Assembly (NCBI GenBank): GCA_033764315.1 | Contig: JANRJA010000219.1 | Coordinates: 1 to 41,834 of the forward strand | Direction of reading: 5' to 3' | Source of the DNA: Oculatellaceae cyanobacterium bins.114 | GTDB taxonomy: Bacteria > Cyanobacteriota > Cyanobacteriia > Elainellales > Elainellaceae | Length of the DNA stretch: 41,834 bases | Shown: positions 38,084 to 41,834 of the stretch, piece after piece | Position numbering within the stretch: the stretch's first letter is position 1 | Layout of the letters: each line of letters begins with the position of its first letter | The notes under the pieces: model-generated | Seen by the model: only the letters and a program-made list of their open reading frames with translations | Databases searched by the model: none | Told to the model about the DNA's origin: nothing | Position numbers and translations under genes: made by a program

Positions 38084-38190
38084 GGGAATAGGGAGAGACG
38101 CGATTAATCACGTCTGTACGGGCAATGGAAATGGGGAATGGGGAATAGGGAGAGACGCGATTAATCGCATCTGTACGGTAATCGCGTCTC
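38084..38190. repeat. Compound REP-like element between the binding-protein and permease genes
   Basis: 38-bp direct repeat GGGAATAGGGAGAGACGCGATTAATC.C.TCTGTACGG at 38084 and 38141, separated by GGGAATG-type heptamers, plus a half copy TAATCGCGTCTC. Confidence 0.85.
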
Positions 38191-38209
38191 CCTTCCCTCC
38201 TCTACGTAA

Positions 38210-39874
38210 TTAGGTTTTTTCAACTAGCTCAAAGGACTCAGAACCGAGAGGACTTGGCTCCCATCCGTTGATATTGCTACGGGCAGCATTGAGCGGTTGA
38301 GAGTGCACAATGGGAATCCGCAACGCCTGCTCAAACAGGATTTTATCGACCTCGGCATAGAGGGGAATCCGTTCTGCCTCCTCACCTACTTTGCGAGCAT
38401 CGTTAAGCAACTGGAAGACTTTGCTATCCTCCCAACCGCCAATGTCTCTGGTGGCACCCGGTCCAAAGTGGGCGTAGTAGAAGTTATCGGGGTCACCATA
38501 ATCTCCCGTCCAGCCCAGCATAAAGGCTTGATATCCAGGCTCTTTATTGCGATCGTCGAGATAAGCTGCCCAGTCTTTGGTATTGAGTTTGACCCGAATA
38601 CCGACTGCACTGAGATCGGCGGCAAACGCCTCAGCGATCGGTTTAGGGGTGGGGAAGTAAGGACGAGAAACGGGCATGTACCACAGTTCTAAATCAAAAC
38701 CATCGGCATATCCCGCATCAGCTAGCATTTGCTTGGCGGCTTCGGGATCATATTCGTAATCACCAACGTCTTTAGCTTGGAAGTTACCCAACGACTCCGG
38801 TAGGAAGTGGCTATCGACTTTACCCAGTTCGCCCCAGAAGGCTTGGACGATTTCTTTACGGTTAATCGCTTTGGCGATCGCCTGACGCACTTCTACCTTA
38901 GACAGCGGCTCATAACTGGTGTTGAGTCCGAGATAACCGACGTTGAATGACGGACGATAAACCGTTGCCAAATTGGTGTCACTCTGCAACTCATTCAACT
39001 GATCGGGTGCCAGATCAATCGTGAAGTCGATGCTACCTGACCGCAATTCAGCAACTCGTGCCGCAGGCTCGGTGATAAAGCGCAACACAAGTTGTTCTTC
39101 TTTGGGTAAACCCTCATCCCAATACTCAGGATTCTTATCGAGCACAATGCGATCGCCCGAAGTCCACTCTTTCAACACATACGGACCCGTACCAATGGCG
39201 ACAGAGCCAGAAATACCATAATCCGTTCCTGCCTCTTTAATCGCGGTTGGGCTAGCAATGCCAAAATAGCCCGATGAAATCGCTGCCGGAAATGCCGCAA
39301 ATGGCTCTGCAAAGACAAAATCAACCGTGTATTCATCCACCACGTTGACTGCACTCAACGCAGAAGCTTCGTCACCCTTGTAGCCACCAAATAAGCTCTG
39401 CCAGACGGTGTAGGTGCGACCCGCGTTGCGATAGCCCTCAGGATGGTTGGGATCCCACCAGCGTTCGACGTTATACTTCACTGCCTCGGCATTAAAGTCA
39501 GTGCCATCATGAAACTTAACCCCTTCTCGCAGTTTAAACGTCCAAGTTTTGCCATCTTCAGAGGCCGTCCACTCAGTCGCCAAACTCGGTGCTAGATCAG
39601 TGCTTCCGGGGGCATTATCGATCAGTCGATTATAAATCTGTTGCTGAGCATAGATCGAGTTGCCATCTTCGATATTGCCCGGTTCTAAATTAGCAGGTTG
39701 TCCGCCCAGACCAAACACCAGTGCTGTCTGGTCACCTGCTGCCGCAGGACTCGCCCCACTGGGAGAACTGGCAGTATCTGTTGCAGGGGGTGCACCACAG
39801 TTGGTTAACACTACGGTCAGGGCGGCAACCAGTATCAATAGCGTGGTTCGCCACCGTTTTATTTGCCTGAACAT
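38210..39874 (-). CDS. Peptide ABC transporter substrate-binding lipoprotein (family 5, DppA-like)
   Basis: Lipobox-like LTNC, LATEW..SEDGKTWTFKLREGVKFHDGT, GTGPY, GWTGDYGDPDNF. Confidence 0.95.
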   Translation of the reverse strand: MFRQIKRWRTTLLILVAALTVVLTNCGAPPATDTASSPSGASPAAAGDQTALVFGLGGQPANLEPGNIEDGNSIYAQQQIYNRLIDNAPGSTDLAPSLATEWTASEDGKTWTFKLREGVKFHDGTDFNAEAVKYNVERWWDPNHPEGYRNAGRTYTVWQSLFGGYKGDEASALSAVNVVDEYTVDFVFAEPFAAFPAAISSGYFGIASPTAIKEAGTDYGISGSVAIGTGPYVLKEWTSGDRIVLDKNPEYWDEGLPKEEQLVLRFITEPAARVAELRSGSIDFTIDLAPDQLNELQSDTNLATVYRPSFNVGYLGLNTSYEPLSKVEVRQAIAKAINRKEIVQAFWGELGKVDSHFLPESLGNFQAKDVGDYEYDPEAAKQMLADAGYADGFDLELWYMPVSRPYFPTPKPIAEAFAADLSAVGIRVKLNTKDWAAYLDDRNKEPGYQAFMLGWTGDYGDPDNFYYAHFGPGATRDIGGWEDSKVFQLLNDARKVGEEAERIPLYAEVDKILFEQALRIPIVHSQPLNAARSNINGWEPSPLGSESFELVEKT

Positions 39875-40278
39875 ACTTAAATTCTTTCCTTAAAATAGGA
39901 GATTGCACTGAGATAGTGATGTAGCATTCCTAAATCATTTGCGGGGTTTTTATGAGTTTGTAATGTTACTTGCTTTTGCAGCAACATTTTCACTCTACTT
40001 AGAAGTGCTATATCAGTTTATTGAAGTTAGATACTGACTCTTTGAAAACAAAATCAGTGCTATTTGTGAATGATAATGAAATTATTCTCCGATTAGGTTT
40101 TCTTAATCATTTTTATCAGAATATCCCCTCAAAACTACCAATAGTAGTAGATAAGAGATTTTTCTGTGAATTTTGAACCTAAAGATAGAATTAACTTTTA
40201 TCACCAATTATTTGGGGATTGCTCTTTTCTAGACAAACCGCCACAGCAAACAATTTTTCACTGCTTTTAATTTTTGTT

Positions 40279-41834
40279 ATGAACTATCCCATTCTTGATG
40301 TTTGCAATTTGTCAGTTGATTTTCAGACTGAAAATGAGATTGTTCGAGCCGTCAAAGAGGTTTCATTTAGTTTATTAGCCGGAGAAACATTAGCGATTGT
40401 GGGAGAATCAGGTTCTGGGAAATCGGTCACATCTCTCGCCACAATGGGGTTGTTGCCTAATTCCGCGATCGTCCACGGTGAGATTTTCTTTCACCACTCT
40501 CAGCCCTCAAACAAGGTCGTCAACTTGTTGACCCTCTCGCCTCAAGAACGGCGTGCTTACCGGGGAGGCGTGATCTCGATGATCTTTCAAGAACCCATGA
40601 CCTCTCTCAACCCCGTGTTAACTTGCGGCTCTCAGGTCGTGGAAGCGATCTTGTTACACAGCGAGGTGTCACGAGAGGAAGCCCACAAACGAGCAGTCGA
40701 TCTGTTTCGAGAAGTCAAGTTGCCCGACCCTGAAGGAATGATGAACCGCTATCCTCATCAACTTTCAGGGGGACAAATTCAACGGGTGATGATTGCCATG
40801 TCGTTGAGTGGCAATCCGGCAATTTTGATTGCAGATGAGCCAACCACCGCATTGGATGTGACGATTCAAGCCACGATTTTAGATTTACTTAAAGAAATTC
40901 GCGATCGCCGCCAAATGGCAATTCTTTTCATCACTCACGATATGGGCGTTGTCTCTGAAATCGCCGACCGGGTGGTGGTGATGTATCGCGGCAGGATTGT
41001 GGAAATTGCCCCAGTGTATGACCTGTTTGCCAACCCACAACACGCCTACACCAGAGGGTTACTTTCCTGTCGCCCGACACCCCAACAATCGCTCAATCGC
41101 CTCCCTACAGTGGCAGATTTTATGCAAGTGACGACTAATACAGCGGGCGAAACTGAAGTCATTCCCCAACCTGTCAGCTTAATTGAGAATAACCCTCGAT
41201 TTGCACCCGTTTCAGTGGATGAACGGGAATCTCACTCTCGCCAACTGGTTCAACAACAACCGTTGCTCTCAGTTCAAAATCTGACCAAAGCCTTTCCAGT
41301 GCGTCAGGGATTTTGGGGGCGGCAGTCTGAGATTCGCGCTGTCGATCAGGTCAGCTTTGATGTCTATCCGGGTGAAACCTTGGGGTTGGTCGGTGAATCT
41401 GGTTGTGGCAAGTCAACCCTGAGTCGATTGCTGCTGCGGTTGGTTGAACCCACGGCTGGCAAGGTGATGTTTGATGGCAAATCCGTTTTGGAGATGGATG
41501 CCGCTCACATGCGACGGTTGCGACGTGAAATGCAGATCGTGTTTCAAAATCCCTTTGGCTCTATGGATGTTCGTCAGACCATTGGCTCTGCTCTAGTGGA
41601 ACCGATGGTGATTCACCGCATTGGCAACTCCTCAAACGAGCGACGACAACGCGCGATCACCCTTTTAGAACGGGTAGGCCTGGATGCCAGTGCAATGGAA
41701 CGGATGCCGCATGAGTTTTCAGGAGGACAGCGGCAACGCATTTGTATTGCCCGTGCGCTGGTGTGTCAACCCCGCTTCATTATCTGCGACGAATCTGTCT
41801 CAGCCCTGGATGTCTCAGTCCAGGCACAGGTGCT
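40279..41834 (+). CDS. Peptide ABC transporter ATP-binding protein with two fused NBDs (DppD/F-like), 3' end outside the window
   Basis: Not in the ORF track; translated by hand from ATG at 40279: [33 protein letters not shown]; second [22 protein letters not shown]. Confidence 0.95.
   Translation, partial: MNYPILDVCNLSVDFQTENEIVRAVKEVSFSLLAGETLAIVGESGSGKSVTSLATMGLLPNSAIVHGEIFFHHSQPSNKVVNLLTLSPQERRAYRGGVISMIFQEPMTSLNPVLTCGSQVVEAILLHSEVSREEAHKRAVDLFREVKLPDPEGMMNRYPHQLSGGQIQRVMIAMSLSGNPAILIADEPTTALDVTIQATILDLLKEIRDRRQMAILFITHDMGVVSEIADRVVVMYRGRIVEIAPVYDLFANPQHAYTRGLLSCRPTPQQSLNRLPTVADFMQVTTNTAGETEVIPQPVSLIENNPRFAPVSVDERESHSRQLVQQQPLLSVQNLTKAFPVRQGFWGRQSEIRAVDQVSFDVYPGETLGLVGESGCGKSTLSRLLLRLVEPTAGKVMFDGKSVLEMDAAHMRRLRREMQIVFQNPFGSMDVRQTIGSALVEPMVIHRIGNSSNERRQRAITLLERVGLDASAMERMPHEFSGGQRQRICIARALVCQPRFIICDESVSALDVSVQAQV

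Larger units (their letters stand above)
1..41834. repeat. HIP1 octamer GCGATCGC dispersed throughout
   Basis: Dozens of copies (e.g. 941, 3222, 6935, 25148 doubled); a hallmark of many cyanobacterial genomes. Confidence 0.95.

Noticed and set aside
38084-38190. Possible mini CRISPR array
   Set aside because: Only two repeats, a ~19-nt low-complexity spacer and no cas genes; better explained as REP-like
40066-40090. Fur-box-like AATGATAATGAAATTATT upstream of the ABC genes
   Set aside because: About 12/19 match in a very AT-rich region; not distinguishable from chance
1-41834. tRNA, rRNA, IS, integrase or reverse transcriptase genes
   Set aside because: None recognised by eye; covariance-model and HMM searches would be needed to exclude small RNAs

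Overview
Cyanobacterial chromosomal segment, judged from very frequent HIP1 octamers (GCGATCGC), chlH and an MgdA-type glucolipid synthase. The housekeeping backbone is rseP (partial), an M23 peptidase, serS, a GH57 hydrolase, a NifU/Nfu protein, DUF3386, an LpxB-like gene, ankyrin, GT39, WGR-DUF4240, chlH, an M16 peptidase, a CblD-like gene, dnaX, rnhA, an MBL hydrolase, mgdA and a dpp/opp ABC transporter. Unusual elements: (1) dnaX carries a 430-aa intein in its Walker B motif, with its LAGLIDADG homing endonuclease overprinted in the -1 frame. (2) An accessory block between dnaX and rnhA holds a wHTH + membrane-protein pair, an AT-rich UDG-superfamily gene, a TIR-GUN4 protein ending in a 70-nt adenine-free tract followed by a perfect hairpin (possible remote hypermutation target), one decayed and one intact vapBC module, and an RNase HI fused to a conserved duplicate of the neighbouring antitoxin's Phd domain. 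(3) A P-loop ATPase + TPR-array gene pair follows chlH. All calls come from motif recognition by eye; no database searches were run.
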